The notes below the pieces were generated by a model. That model worked only from the letters and a program-made list of their open reading frames with translations. It made no database searches and had not been told where the DNA came from. Source: a virus (Duplodnaviria; Caudoviricetes). Taken from it: 25,390 nucleotides of DNA. Below are positions 1-7,673 of the stretch, piece after piece. The stretch covers positions 1 through 25,390 of the IMG/VR virus record IMGVR_UViG_3300036945_000289; one strand, written 5' to 3'. Position numbers and translations under genes: made by a program. Within the stretch, counting starts at the first letter, position 1. The number at the start of each line of letters is the position of its first letter.

Positions 1-1102
1 CAACGTCCGAGCCGCTCCCCGGCAGGATTACCGGGCGAGCGGGCTCATGTTGGACGGCCTGGGCTGACGCGAAAGGAGAATCGCCACCAGAGCTGCCGGT
101 GTTGTCGGACGAACGGTCATCCCCATCACTTGCCGGCTTGACGGGCGGCTTGTCGGATACCGCACCCGGTTCATCAGGCCCCAGTGTAGCGGGTGACCTG
201 AAGCACTTGCGCACGGCCTTGATGCCCTCTGCCACATGCAGGTCATTGAAGTCGGTGCCGCGGTCGCGCTCGCCCTGCCACACAGGCAGGTAGACCGGAA
301 AGCCTGTGGCCGTGGCCGCCTCGATGCCTGGGTTCCATGGCTGCCCGGCCTGGACGTGGTTGGGTGGGCGCACAGTGAAGGCGTCGTCGTCGCCTGCGAT
401 GATCAGGCGGGCCGATGGCAAGGCCTTGCGGATCTTCTGCGACACCTCGGCCAGGTTGCCGGAGTTGAAGGCCACCACCACGCAGTAGTTGGTCGCCATG
501 TGGATCGAGACGCCGGTCGCGTAGCCCTCGCAGATGACGACCGTGCCCTCCTTGGTGGGCGTGCCGATCGTGCAGTAGGCGCCGGCCAGCGGGCTGCCCT
601 TGATGAAGCGCTTGGTGCCATCGGGCCAGATGCGTTGCAGGCCAACGAGCTGCTTGGCGCTGTGCTTCATGGGCACCAGCAGCATGTCGCCGAGCACGCG
701 AGCGCCAAGGCATGCGATCTGCTTGCGTGTGAGGTAGGGGTGATCGCCCTCGACGGCCTCGTTCCACATCTGTGTGGCCGTGACGGCGGCGTAGTCGGTG
801 GCCTCTTCGCGCTCGCGTTCGCGCTGCTTCTCGAGGCGCTTCATGCGCTCGCGGTACTCGTCGCGCTCGGCCTCGGTGAACTGCTTGGGCTTGGATGATT
901 TCCAAGTGGACGACATGCTCATGCGCCAGCAGCCGAAAGCGCCCGCGGGGTACTCGTCGTCGTGAAAGCGATACCAGCCGGACCTGTCGTTGGCTCGGCC
1001 ATTTGAGCTGAAGCGGTGCGTGTCACCGTCGCCAATAATCTCGGTGGGAGGCGTGATCCCAGACGCTGCAATGGCGTCAATGAATTGTTGCGCGGCGCTC
1101 AT
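1..1102 (-). CDS. DNA primase, TOPRIM domain (P4 alpha/TraC-like); runs off the window edge
   Basis: Not in the ORF track; translated by hand from ATG at 1102 (ATGA overlap with the stop of 1099..1347): MSAAQQFIDAIAASG...HPYLTRKQI...LVPM...GLQRIWPDGTKRF...VVICEGYATG...VAFNSGNL...IIAGDDD...TDFNDLH. EG and DxD TOPRIM motifs present; no stop before position 1. Confidence 0.92.
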   Translation of the reverse strand, partial: MSAAQQFIDAIAASGITPPTEIIGDGDTHRFSSNGRANDRSGWYRFHDDEYPAGAFGCWRMSMSSTWKSSKPKQFTEAERDEYRERMKRLEKQREREREEATDYAAVTATQMWNEAVEGDHPYLTRKQIACLGARVLGDMLLVPMKHSAKQLVGLQRIWPDGTKRFIKGSPLAGAYCTIGTPTKEGTVVICEGYATGVSIHMATNYCVVVAFNSGNLAEVSQKIRKALPSARLIIAGDDDAFTVRPPNHVQAGQPWNPGIEAATATGFPVYLPVWQGERDRGTDFNDLHVAEGIKAVRKCFRSPATLGPDEPGAVSDKPPVKPASDGDDRSSDNTGSSGGDSPFASAQAVQHEPARPVILPGSGSDV

Positions 1103-1347
1103 TTTTGTGACGCAGCAAAGAACTTCATCTCACGATCACGGTTTTCAATGATCGCGGCCAAAGCAACAACGTCAGCTGCACTGAAGTCGCGCACACGCTC
1201 CTGCAACAGGATGCGCTTTGCAACAGCAATGCACTCATGAGCGACACAAGCCGGCTCAAGTGGAACAGCAGTGTCCGAAGGCAGCTCTCGCATGTAGCTG
1301 TCAAACGGCATAGCGCCAGGGGATAAATCAGAAGGATGTTTTTCCAC
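1099..1347 (-). CDS. hypothetical phage protein (82 aa)
   Basis: GAGG RBS upstream of GTG; stop overlaps the primase ATG. Confidence 0.7.
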   Translation of the reverse strand: MEKHPSDLSPGAMPFDSYMRELPSDTAVPLEPACVAHECIAVAKRILLQERVRDFSAADVVALAAIIENRDREMKFFAASQK

Positions 1348-1411
1348 GAACGGACCTCACAAAAAAAACGAACAGGCTTGAATGTTAACCGAATTCCATC
1401 GGGTGGTGTGA

Positions 1412-1720
1412 TTATCTCAACATATTTTGCGCGTCTTCGATTGACCGGACCACGCCAGCGATGGCGCCACGGATCTTCATCGCGTTGATGAAGGCCATCT
1501 GCTCGGTGGTGACCTTGCCGGTGGGCGTCTTGACCTCGAGGTAGAAGGCCTTGGCGTCGCCCATGCGGTTGCCGAAGATGTCCGAGAAGCCGACGGGCAG
1601 GCCGGAGCGGATGGGCCGACCGTCCTGCGTGAAGAACAGGCCGACGTTGGCCCGGCACACGAAGTGCCCGTCGTTGGACAGGGCAATCATGATGGATCGC
1701 ATGAGGTCGGCTTCGTTCAT
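1412..1720 (-). CDS. VRR-NUC domain nuclease (PD-(D/E)xK)
   Basis: MNEADLMRSI...RANVG...G.SDIFG...YLEVKTPTGKVTTEQ..F motif pattern; sits beside helicase and primase. Confidence 0.9.
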   Translation of the reverse strand: MNEADLMRSIMIALSNDGHFVCRANVGLFFTQDGRPIRSGLPVGFSDIFGNRMGDAKAFYLEVKTPTGKVTTEQMAFINAMKIRGAIAGVVRSIEDAQNMLR

Positions 1721-1741
1721 GGTGCGCGATTATGCGCCAGG

Positions 1742-1924
1742 TCACAGCGTGCTGGGGTGCTGCTGCTCGACGCGGACCTCATAGCCCAGCGCCTTGATCT
1801 GCTTGATGACCTGCGGGGTCAGGGTGCGGGTGCCGGCAATCGAGGCAAAGGCGTCGGCCCTCTCGCAAGCGGGATAGGTGGCCTGGTTGCCGTAGATGGA
1901 CTTGATGGTGACGGTGATGTGCAT
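1742..1924 (-). CDS. small hypothetical phage protein (60 aa, MHITVTIKSIYG...)
   Basis: AAGGA RBS before ATG at 1924; the longer 1742..2143 call overlaps the neighbouring gene. Confidence 0.7.
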   Translation of the reverse strand: MHITVTIKSIYGNQATYPACERADAFASIAGTRTLTPQVIKQIKALGYEVRVEQQHPSTL

Positions 1925-1971
1925 GATGGTCCTTAGTTGAGAAGAGGTGGGGCCGTGGCCCCGGCTGGTGA

Positions 1972-2193
1972 TTACTTGATCTTGATTTCGCCGAAATACT
2001 TGTCGCCAGTTGATCGATATGCGCCTTGCTGTTTCAGCACAGACAAAGCACCAGCAAACTGCAATGGGCTTACGCCTTTGACGCTTGCATTTGGCAGGTA
2101 AACCATAGCCCAGCGGCTGCCATCTGATTCTGTCGATTGGCACCCCTCGTGATTTGCCACCAAAGATTCGTAAACTGTGCGGTTGATCATCAT
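1972..2193 (-). CDS. hypothetical protein (73 aa), lower GC
   Basis: GGAG RBS; directly downstream of a near-consensus promoter. Confidence 0.7.
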   Translation of the reverse strand: MMINRTVYESLVANHEGCQSTESDGSRWAMVYLPNASVKGVSPLQFAGALSVLKQQGAYRSTGDKYFGEIKIK

Positions 2194-2225
2194 GTTGAGC
2201 TCCGGTTATTTGTTGCGATGTTGAA

Positions 2226-2255
2226 ATTATACTTGCGTTTTTCTCAACACCTCAA
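2226..2255 (-). promoter_or_regulatory. sigma70-type promoter with an operator-like site in the spacer
   Basis: Minus strand TTGAGG-18 bp-TATAAT; the spacer contains the 17-bp CTTGCGTTTTTCTCAAC (2232-2248, + strand). Confidence 0.75.
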
Positions 2256-2483
2256 CTAGGTACTTTCCCTACCCTTCGCCCAAACCGCCCGCACCAGATC
2301 CTCGAGCTGCTTGCCGGCCACATCGCCGCGGCGCTTCCTGACGTCGGCCAGGTAGATGCGGCGCAGGTGGACGTTCGCCATCGCCAGCACATGCCGGGCC
2401 TCGCACTCGGCGCGCCATGCCTCGCTGTAGTTGCTGACCTGCCGGCCGTCGGCCAGCGCCACCTGGCGATCGCCGGGCCTCAT
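2256..2483 (-). CDS. hypothetical phage protein (SEAWRAECEARHVL motif)
   Basis: ATG at 2483 overlaps the stop of the upstream small ORF. Confidence 0.75.
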   Translation of the reverse strand: MRPGDRQVALADGRQVSNYSEAWRAECEARHVLAMANVHLRRIYLADVRKRRGDVAGKQLEDLVRAVWAKGREST

Positions 2484-2602
2484 GGCATGCCCCACAGCAG
2501 CCGACCGACGGCCAGGCCAACGATCAGCCAGAAGCCGCCGTGCACCACGGCCAGAAAGATGGTGAACAGCACCGTGAAGGACTTGTCGTCGTCGTAGCTC
2601 AT
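2480..2602 (-). CDS. 40-aa membrane microprotein
   Basis: Hand-translated MSYDDDKSFTVLFTIFLAVVHGGFWLIVGLAVGRLLWGMP; ATGA overlaps at both ends; below the ORF-track cutoff. Confidence 0.65.
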   Translation of the reverse strand: MSYDDDKSFTVLFTIFLAVVHGGFWLIVGLAVGRLLWGMP

Positions 2603-3984
2603 GCTCTCATCTCCTTGGCGTGACGCGCACGCAGCACATGACGGGCCCACAGCTCTGGCCGCTTCATTCCTCGGGCTCGGCCGATGGCGACCAGGTCTTG
2701 CTCTGACTGTGCCCGGCCCTGCTCGGCGCGCGCCGCCTTGCGAGCCGCGGCCACATCGACCTCCTTGAGCGAGCCTTCGACGTGCTCGACCTCGCGGGCC
2801 TTGACCTCGAACTCATGGCCGCACAGGCAGTGGGTTGCGGCCGACGCCACGGTGGCGAAACACTTCGGGCAGGTCTTGACCGGCACCTCGGATGGCTTGG
2901 CGGCGCGCTTCTTCAGCTTGCCCTCGAGCGTCCAGATCCGATCGTCGTCGGGCAGCCCGTGGCGCTTCACGTTGCCGGCGTGGTCGAGGATAATGGCCTC
3001 GGCCTTGCCGGGGAACGTGCGCAGCGCCCGGCCCACCTGCTGGAGGTACAGGCCCAGCGACTGCGTCGGCCGCAGCAGGATCGCCACCTCGATGGCCGGG
3101 ACGTCGAAGCCCTCGGAGATCAGGTCGCAGCTGGTGAGCACGCGCAGGTCGCCGGCCGTGAAGGACTTGAGCACCGACTGGCGCAGCACCTTGTCCATGC
3201 CGCCATCGATCGAGGCAGCCGGGATGCCGGCCTCGCGGAACTGTGCGGCCACATGCTCGGCGTGCTCGACGCTGACGCAGAAGGCGACGGCGCGCTTGCC
3301 ATCGGCCAGCTTGCGGTAGTGGCTGACTGCGTCTCCGGTAATGCTGGGCTTATTCATCGCCTGCGCCAGCTCGCCGCGCACGAAGTCGCCCATCTTGGAA
3401 TGCACACCAGACAGGTCGACCCCGGCCGGAGCGAACAGGCGGTAGGGTGACAGCGCGCCCTGGCTGATCAGGTCGGCCACGGTCGGGCCTTGCACCATGC
3501 ACTCGAACAGGTCGCCCAGGCCTTCACCGGACAGACGAATCGGCGTGGCCGTGACACCCAGCAGCTTGGCCTTGGGGAAGGCTTTGATCACCGTGCCCCA
3601 GGTGGACTTCGAGATGGCGTGGTGGGCCTCGTCCACAATGATCAGGTCGGGCGCGTCGTAGCGGTCCAGCCTGCGGGCCAGCGTGAACACCGAGGCCACC
3701 TGCACCTGCTGGCGCCGATCGCCGATGTAGCCGGGCGCGATCATGCCGTGCGCGATGCCGAAGTCCCGCAGCGTGCGGCTGATCTGCTCGAGCAGCTCAA
3801 CGCGGTGGGCCAGAATCCAGACGCGCAGGCCTTTGGATTTCGCCTGCCCCGCCATGTAAGAAAAACAACAGGTTTTTCCACCGCCGGTAGGAAGGACGAT
3901 CAGCTGGCTCATCCGGCCAACAATAAAGTTGGCGCGTGTCCGTTCTACCAACGTGTTTTGATATGGGCGAAGCTCAATAGCCAT
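2599..3984 (-). CDS. superfamily 2 DEAH helicase with C-terminal Zn ribbon
   Basis: LRPYQ, PTGGGKT (Walker A), DEAHH, TATP, EGFDVP, QQVGRALR, CPKC...C.CG. Confidence 0.95.
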   Translation of the reverse strand: MAIELRPYQNTLVERTRANFIVGRMSQLIVLPTGGGKTCCFSYMAGQAKSKGLRVWILAHRVELLEQISRTLRDFGIAHGMIAPGYIGDRRQQVQVASVFTLARRLDRYDAPDLIIVDEAHHAISKSTWGTVIKAFPKAKLLGVTATPIRLSGEGLGDLFECMVQGPTVADLISQGALSPYRLFAPAGVDLSGVHSKMGDFVRGELAQAMNKPSITGDAVSHYRKLADGKRAVAFCVSVEHAEHVAAQFREAGIPAASIDGGMDKVLRQSVLKSFTAGDLRVLTSCDLISEGFDVPAIEVAILLRPTQSLGLYLQQVGRALRTFPGKAEAIILDHAGNVKRHGLPDDDRIWTLEGKLKKRAAKPSEVPVKTCPKCFATVASAATHCLCGHEFEVKAREVEHVEGSLKEVDVAAARKAARAEQGRAQSEQDLVAIGRARGMKRPELWARHVLRARHAKEMRA

Positions 3985-4360
3985 GCTTCGCCTTTCGAGC
4001 CGCCATCATTTCATCGAAGTGCAAAGCCGCATGCTTCGACTGCGTCATGATTTGCAAGTTTTCTGGCGCGTTGTTTCGGCGGTTGCCATCCAAGTGGTGC
4101 ACGATTTCCCCGCGCTTCAGTGGACGACCGAGCATTTGCTCAGCAACCACGCGGTGCTCATGCCGACCGTGAAATTTTACGTAGGCGCCCTTCACACTTG
4201 GGTGAGAGGCCATCTGCGCCGCACGATTGTTCGCGCGCCGGGTTTCTTCGGGAGTGATGTAGTTGGGATCGCCGTATCGGCGGACGCGTTGAGCGTGCAT
4301 GCCGCAATAGCCGTTTGAATCGTGCGGCTTGCCGCAGCCTGGGATAGAACAGATTTTCAT
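3974..4360 (-). CDS. HNH (homing) endonuclease with N-terminal Cys/His Zn module
   Basis: Probable start MKICSIPGCGKPHDSNGYCGMH; HRVVAEQMLGRPL...VHHLDGNRRNNAPENL...H motif. The frame is open upstream to 4546. Confidence 0.9.
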   Translation of the reverse strand: MKICSIPGCGKPHDSNGYCGMHAQRVRRYGDPNYITPEETRRANNRAAQMASHPSVKGAYVKFHGRHEHRVVAEQMLGRPLKRGEIVHHLDGNRRNNAPENLQIMTQSKHAALHFDEMMAARKAKHGY

Positions 4361-4369
4361 TTTGGAAAT

Positions 4370-4448
4370 AAAAAAACCCAAGGCGGAACTCTCATGCTTT
4401 CGCATGTTGGCGGACTGGTCAGTACCAGCAGAGTCCCGTCTTGGGTTT
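4370..4448 (-). ncRNA. C4/CI-like cloverleaf RNA, possibly also an attenuator
   Basis: Minus strand: 19-bp outer stem AAACCCAAGACGGGACTCT/AGAGTTCCGCCTTGGGTTT enclosing CTGGT-ACTG-ACCAG, single-stranded TCCGCCAA and CATGC-GAAA-GCATG; followed by a U-run. Confidence 0.72.
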
Positions 4449-4487
4449 ACTGAGAAATCCCCGCCAAGGGATTGGTGAATATTACCA
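4448..4487 (-). promoter_or_regulatory. extended -10 promoter and target sites complementary to the cloverleaf loops
   Basis: TGG-TAATAT at 4487-4479. TTGGCGG (4467-4461) is complementary to CCGCCAA and TCAGTA (4453-4448) is complementary to the TACTGA loop. Confidence 0.6.
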
Positions 4488-4492
4488 CCAGT

Positions 4493-4546
4493 GGCACGCG
4501 TGCGCTCGACCAGCGTGCCCTGATAGTTGCGCAGGGTGATGGTCAT
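4493..4546 (-). pseudogene. orphaned original 5' end of the helicase gene (18 codons)
   Basis: MTITLRNYQGTLVERTRA versus helicase start MAIELRPYQNTLVERTRA, 14/18 identical residues; ATG overlaps the methylase stop. Confidence 0.8.
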
Positions 4547-5172
4547 GCCGCGAGCCCCTGAAAAAGTGGCAGCGTGTACTCATCAACCGGTGCGGAAACC
4601 GCATCATCACTTCCCCACTGAGAGGCCATCGCCTCCGCGATCCCTATGTATGTCTCACTGCGGATCTTCCAGCGGTCAGCCGACGGCGGCAGCATGTGGA
4701 TGCGGCCCTCGCGTCCGCTGACGACGTTGGTCGGCTTGAGCAGAGGCAGACCCTTGAGCCACAAACACGTGGCCTTTGTTTCGCCGTGCCCGAACTGCCA
4801 TGGCTGGATGATCTGGCTGTAACGCTGCCCAATCCAGTCTCTGGCGTACTTGTGCGGGATCGGGTTCTCGACGGCGATCCGCTTGCATGGGTGATTCAAA
4901 AACAGCTTAAAAAACTGGCAAGCCTCATAGAGTTTCTTCCATCGGCCAATGTCCCGATCGAGCCAGCGCACGCCACTGTTCGTGATGTAGGTGCATTCTG
5001 GGTGGGCAATGATCAGATCCCAGTGCTCCCCCAGAACATCGCGCACGTCGCCTTGGTAGTGCGGACCCGGCACATCGGTGGGCAGCAGGTCGCAGCTCAT
5101 GGCGTCATGGCCGCGCCGTAAAAAAGCGTCGCGCGAGCGTCCGCTGTACTCGCAGGCGATCAGCACTTTCAT
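4543..5172 (-). CDS. short phage DNA cytosine methyltransferase-like protein
   Basis: MKVLIACEYSG..RDAF...GHDAMSCDLLP, DLIIAHPECT, IAVENP, QPWQFG..ETKATCLWL, RSETY.GIAEAMA.QW. Confidence 0.75.
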   Translation of the reverse strand: MKVLIACEYSGRSRDAFLRRGHDAMSCDLLPTDVPGPHYQGDVRDVLGEHWDLIIAHPECTYITNSGVRWLDRDIGRWKKLYEACQFFKLFLNHPCKRIAVENPIPHKYARDWIGQRYSQIIQPWQFGHGETKATCLWLKGLPLLKPTNVVSGREGRIHMLPPSADRWKIRSETYIGIAEAMASQWGSDDAVSAPVDEYTLPLFQGLAA

Positions 5173-5243
5173 ACTGACCCCCGAAACGATGTGGGAAACA
5201 CATCCAGCGCTTGTGATTCAGCGTTAACCATGTTGACTCTGCC

Positions 5244-5480
5244 TCAGCCAGCTTGTTCTTGGCTGCTGCCGTTGATCAGCTCATCGGCCGTGAGAGCGAC
5301 CCCGCGCTCCTTCGCCAGGCTCAGAAGCCTGACCTGCGCCGCTGATGGCACGCGTCCATCCAAACCACCTTTCGCAGCAGGCATGCGCCAGCGGTGGATG
5401 GTGCTCGGGTCTTTTCCAAGCAATCGGGCCAATGGCCTGACGCCGTCGAAGCGGGAAATCACAATGTCTGCTGGTGTCAT
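5244..5480 (-). CDS. Cro-like HTH regulator (78 aa)
   Basis: ATG at 5480 with AGGA RBS; FDGVRPLARLLGKDPSTIHRW HTH; divergent from the repressor. Confidence 0.85.
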   Translation of the reverse strand: MTPADIVISRFDGVRPLARLLGKDPSTIHRWRMPAAKGGLDGRVPSAAQVRLLSLAKERGVALTADELINGSSQEQAG

Positions 5481-5493
5481 AAAATCATCCTGT

Positions 5494-5560
5494 GTTGAGA
5501 ATAGCGCAATTATGCAACAAAACCAACGGCGTTGCAATAATCTCACCGCCACGGTAATAA
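5494..5560. promoter_or_regulatory. lysis/lysogeny switch: divergent promoters and two 17-bp operator-like sites
   Basis: Leftward TTGCAA-17-CATAAT (5537-5509); rightward TTGCAA-17-TAATAA (5532-5560). Sites GTTGAGAATAGCGCAAT (5494-5510) and GTTGCAATAATCTCACC (5531-5547). Confidence 0.75.
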
Positions 5561-5594
5561 CCCTCGGTAGCCTCATGGAACCGGAGAGCACCCG

Positions 5595-6185
5595 ATGGCC
5601 GTCGACACAAAGTGGTTTCGCGACCGACTCGCAGACCAGCGCATGTCGCAGCGTGGCCTTGCGCGCCAGCTCGGCCTCGACCCGGCTGCCGTCTCCCTCG
5701 TTTTACGTGGGAAGCGCGAAATGAAGATCGCAGAGGCTGCGGCCATTGCCCGCCTGATTGGCGTGCCTGCTGATGAGGTCATGCGCCATGCCGGTGTGCA
5801 GATCACATCCAAGGGCGAGATGGTGCCGGTGTGCGCGTACATGGACGCCAGCGCCGAGGTGCACACAGAGCCGACTGGCCCGACGGTGCCACACCCAGGC
5901 GGCGACCTGCCCGAAACCCTGACGGCCATCCAATGCCGCACGGCAGGCACGGCGCTCGATCACATGGACGGCTGGGTGATGTTCGCCAACATCCACATGG
6001 ACGGCAGCGTGCAGGCCGACGCGGTGGGCCGCCTGTCCGTGGTGCGCCTGCGCAATGGCGTGATGCACGTCGCCAAGCTGTCGCGCGGCAGCCGCAGAGG
6101 CGTCTGGAACCTGGTCAGCCCGCTGGGCACGATCAAGGACGCCGACGTGGAGTGGGCCAAGCCGATCCTGCTGGTCACGCCCTGA
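5595..6185 (+). CDS. CI-like XRE HTH repressor with degenerate S24-like C-terminal domain
   Basis: MSQRGLARQLGLDPAAVSLVLRGKR HTH; GGAG RBS; position opposite the cro-like gene. Confidence 0.85.
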   Translation: MAVDTKWFRDRLADQRMSQRGLARQLGLDPAAVSLVLRGKREMKIAEAAAIARLIGVPADEVMRHAGVQITSKGEMVPVCAYMDASAEVHTEPTGPTVPHPGGDLPETLTAIQCRTAGTALDHMDGWVMFANIHMDGSVQADAVGRLSVVRLRNGVMHVAKLSRGSRRGVWNLVSPLGTIKDADVEWAKPILLVTP

Positions 6186-6239
6186 TCGCAGCCCCGATGT
6201 TGTTTCTCCACAACTAAGGGTTTATTCCTGTTTTGGCCT

Positions 6240-6277
6240 GTTGCGATAACCGCAATTTCTGTTGCATAATTCTCCAC
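6240..6277 (+). promoter_or_regulatory. early rightward promoter overlapped by two operator-like sites
   Basis: TTGCGA-18-CATAAT (6241-6270); sites GTTGCGATAACCGCAAT (6240-6256) and GTTGCATAATTCTCCAC (6261-6277). Confidence 0.75.
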
Positions 6278-6314
6278 AAGCGCTGAACGTCTCGGCGCGA
6301 TTCAGGAGAACCAG

Positions 6315-6461
6315 ATGACCAACGTCCACCCAACCCTGCAGGCTGCACTGCAGTCCTTTGCGCCACCGCCAGCGCCCGTCCCATTTGAGAAGTCCAGCGC
6401 CGACATCATCCGTCGCGCACAACAGAACAACCAGCCAAAGCAGGAGGCCACAAATGCTTGA
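6315..6461 (+). CDS. 48-aa early protein (MTNVHPTLQAALQSFAPP...)
   Basis: Hand-translated; strong CAGGAG RBS; first ORF after the promoter. Confidence 0.7.
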   Translation: MTNVHPTLQAALQSFAPPPAPVPFEKSSADIIRRAQQNNQPKQEATNA

Positions 6462-6693
6462 TACATACATGGACAAGGCCAGCTGGCCAACGTGGATGAG
6501 CCCATCCCCAGCCGTTGACCGCGACGACCCGCGCTACTGGAACGGCGCGCTCTACAACACCGTCATCGACCGCATGGTGGCCGAGGCCAAGCAGACGCTG
6601 CGCATCGAGAACGACCAGTTCCACCGCTACCACGCCACCATGGTGCGCGTCGGATTCATCCGCGCCAGAGCAGCGCTGGGGGTAACAGCATGA
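6454..6693 (+). CDS. hypothetical protein (79 aa)
   Basis: AGGAGG RBS before ATG 6454; stop overlaps the exonuclease start. Confidence 0.75.
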   Translation: MLDTYMDKASWPTWMSPSPAVDRDDPRYWNGALYNTVIDRMVAEAKQTLRIENDQFHRYHATMVRVGFIRARAALGVTA

Positions 6694-7643
6694 CCACCGA
6701 AATCATCGTCCCATCTAACGAGGCCCACTGGCTGGCCATGCGCAAGCTGGACGTCACCAGCACCGAGTCGGCCGCGCTGTTCGGCATGAGCCCATACACC
6801 ACCCACTTCGAGCTCTGGCACGCCAAGAAGTCCGGCCTCGCCCGCGAATTCAAAACGAACGAGCGCATGAAGTGGGGCAACCGCCTCGAGGCCGCCATCG
6901 CCCACGGCATCGCCGAGGAGCAGGGCTGGGAGATCAAGCCTCTCAAGGAGTACATGCGCGACCCAGAGGCACGCATCGGCAGCTCGTTCGACTTCGTGAT
7001 CACAAACCTGCCAGGCGGGCCCGTCCACCTGGAGATCAAGAACGTCGACTACCTGGCCTTCCGCGATGGCTGGATCGAGCACGAAGACGGCAGCATCGAA
7101 GCGCCCGAGCACATCGAGATGCAGGTGCAGCACCAGATGGCCGTGTCTGGCTTCAAGCGCTCCTTCATCGGGGCCTTCATCGCCGGCAACCGTGGCGTGG
7201 TGATCGAGCGCGAACGCGACGAGGCCGTGATCGCGGCCATCAAGGCCAAGGTGGCCGAGTTCTGGCGCACGGTCGACGCGGGCGAGGAGCCCGATGCCGT
7301 CATGCCCGGCGACGCCGACGCGGTGATCCGCCTGAACCAGTACGCCCAGCCCGGCAAACTCGTCGACGCCAGCGGTGATGTGAATATCGCAGCGCTGGTG
7401 CTGGAGTACAAACGCCTGTCAGCCGACGAGGCCAAGGCCAAGGAAGACAAGGAGGTCGTCAAGGCCGATCTGCTCAAGGCCATTGGCGACGCCGAGAAGG
7501 TTCTGCTCGAGGGCTGGACCATCAGCGCAGGCATGCAAGCAGAAACGCCGCCCACGCTGATCACCGAGAACATGGTCGGCACCTCATACGGTGGCCGCAA
7601 GGGCTTCCGAAATCTTCGCATCAACGCACGCAAGCCAAAATAA
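6690..7643 (+). CDS. YqaJ-like viral recombination exonuclease
   Basis: WLAMRK...STESAALFGMSPY...ELWHAK, WGNRLE, SSFDF, LEIKN, QVQHQMAVSG; adjacent to RecT. Confidence 0.93.
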   Translation: MTTEIIVPSNEAHWLAMRKLDVTSTESAALFGMSPYTTHFELWHAKKSGLAREFKTNERMKWGNRLEAAIAHGIAEEQGWEIKPLKEYMRDPEARIGSSFDFVITNLPGGPVHLEIKNVDYLAFRDGWIEHEDGSIEAPEHIEMQVQHQMAVSGFKRSFIGAFIAGNRGVVIERERDEAVIAAIKAKVAEFWRTVDAGEEPDAVMPGDADAVIRLNQYAQPGKLVDASGDVNIAALVLEYKRLSADEAKAKEDKEVVKADLLKAIGDAEKVLLEGWTISAGMQAETPPTLITENMVGTSYGGRKGFRNLRINARKPK

Positions 7644-7647
7644 ACAG

Positions 7648-7673
7648 TGCTATACTGTTGCTGTTTTCTCAAC
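7648..7673 (+). promoter_or_regulatory. extended -10 promoter followed by an operator-like site
   Basis: TGC-TATACT (7648-7656) abutting GTTGCTGTTTTCTCAAC (7657-7673). Confidence 0.65.

Noticed and set aside
3974-4546. Group I intron or intein in the helicase
   Set aside because: No P7 or other group I core and no intein termini are visible; the helicase has a complete new start, so splicing is unnecessary.
5169-5231. 20-codon ORF between cro and the methylase
   Set aside because: It is ATGA-coupled but too short and featureless to support.
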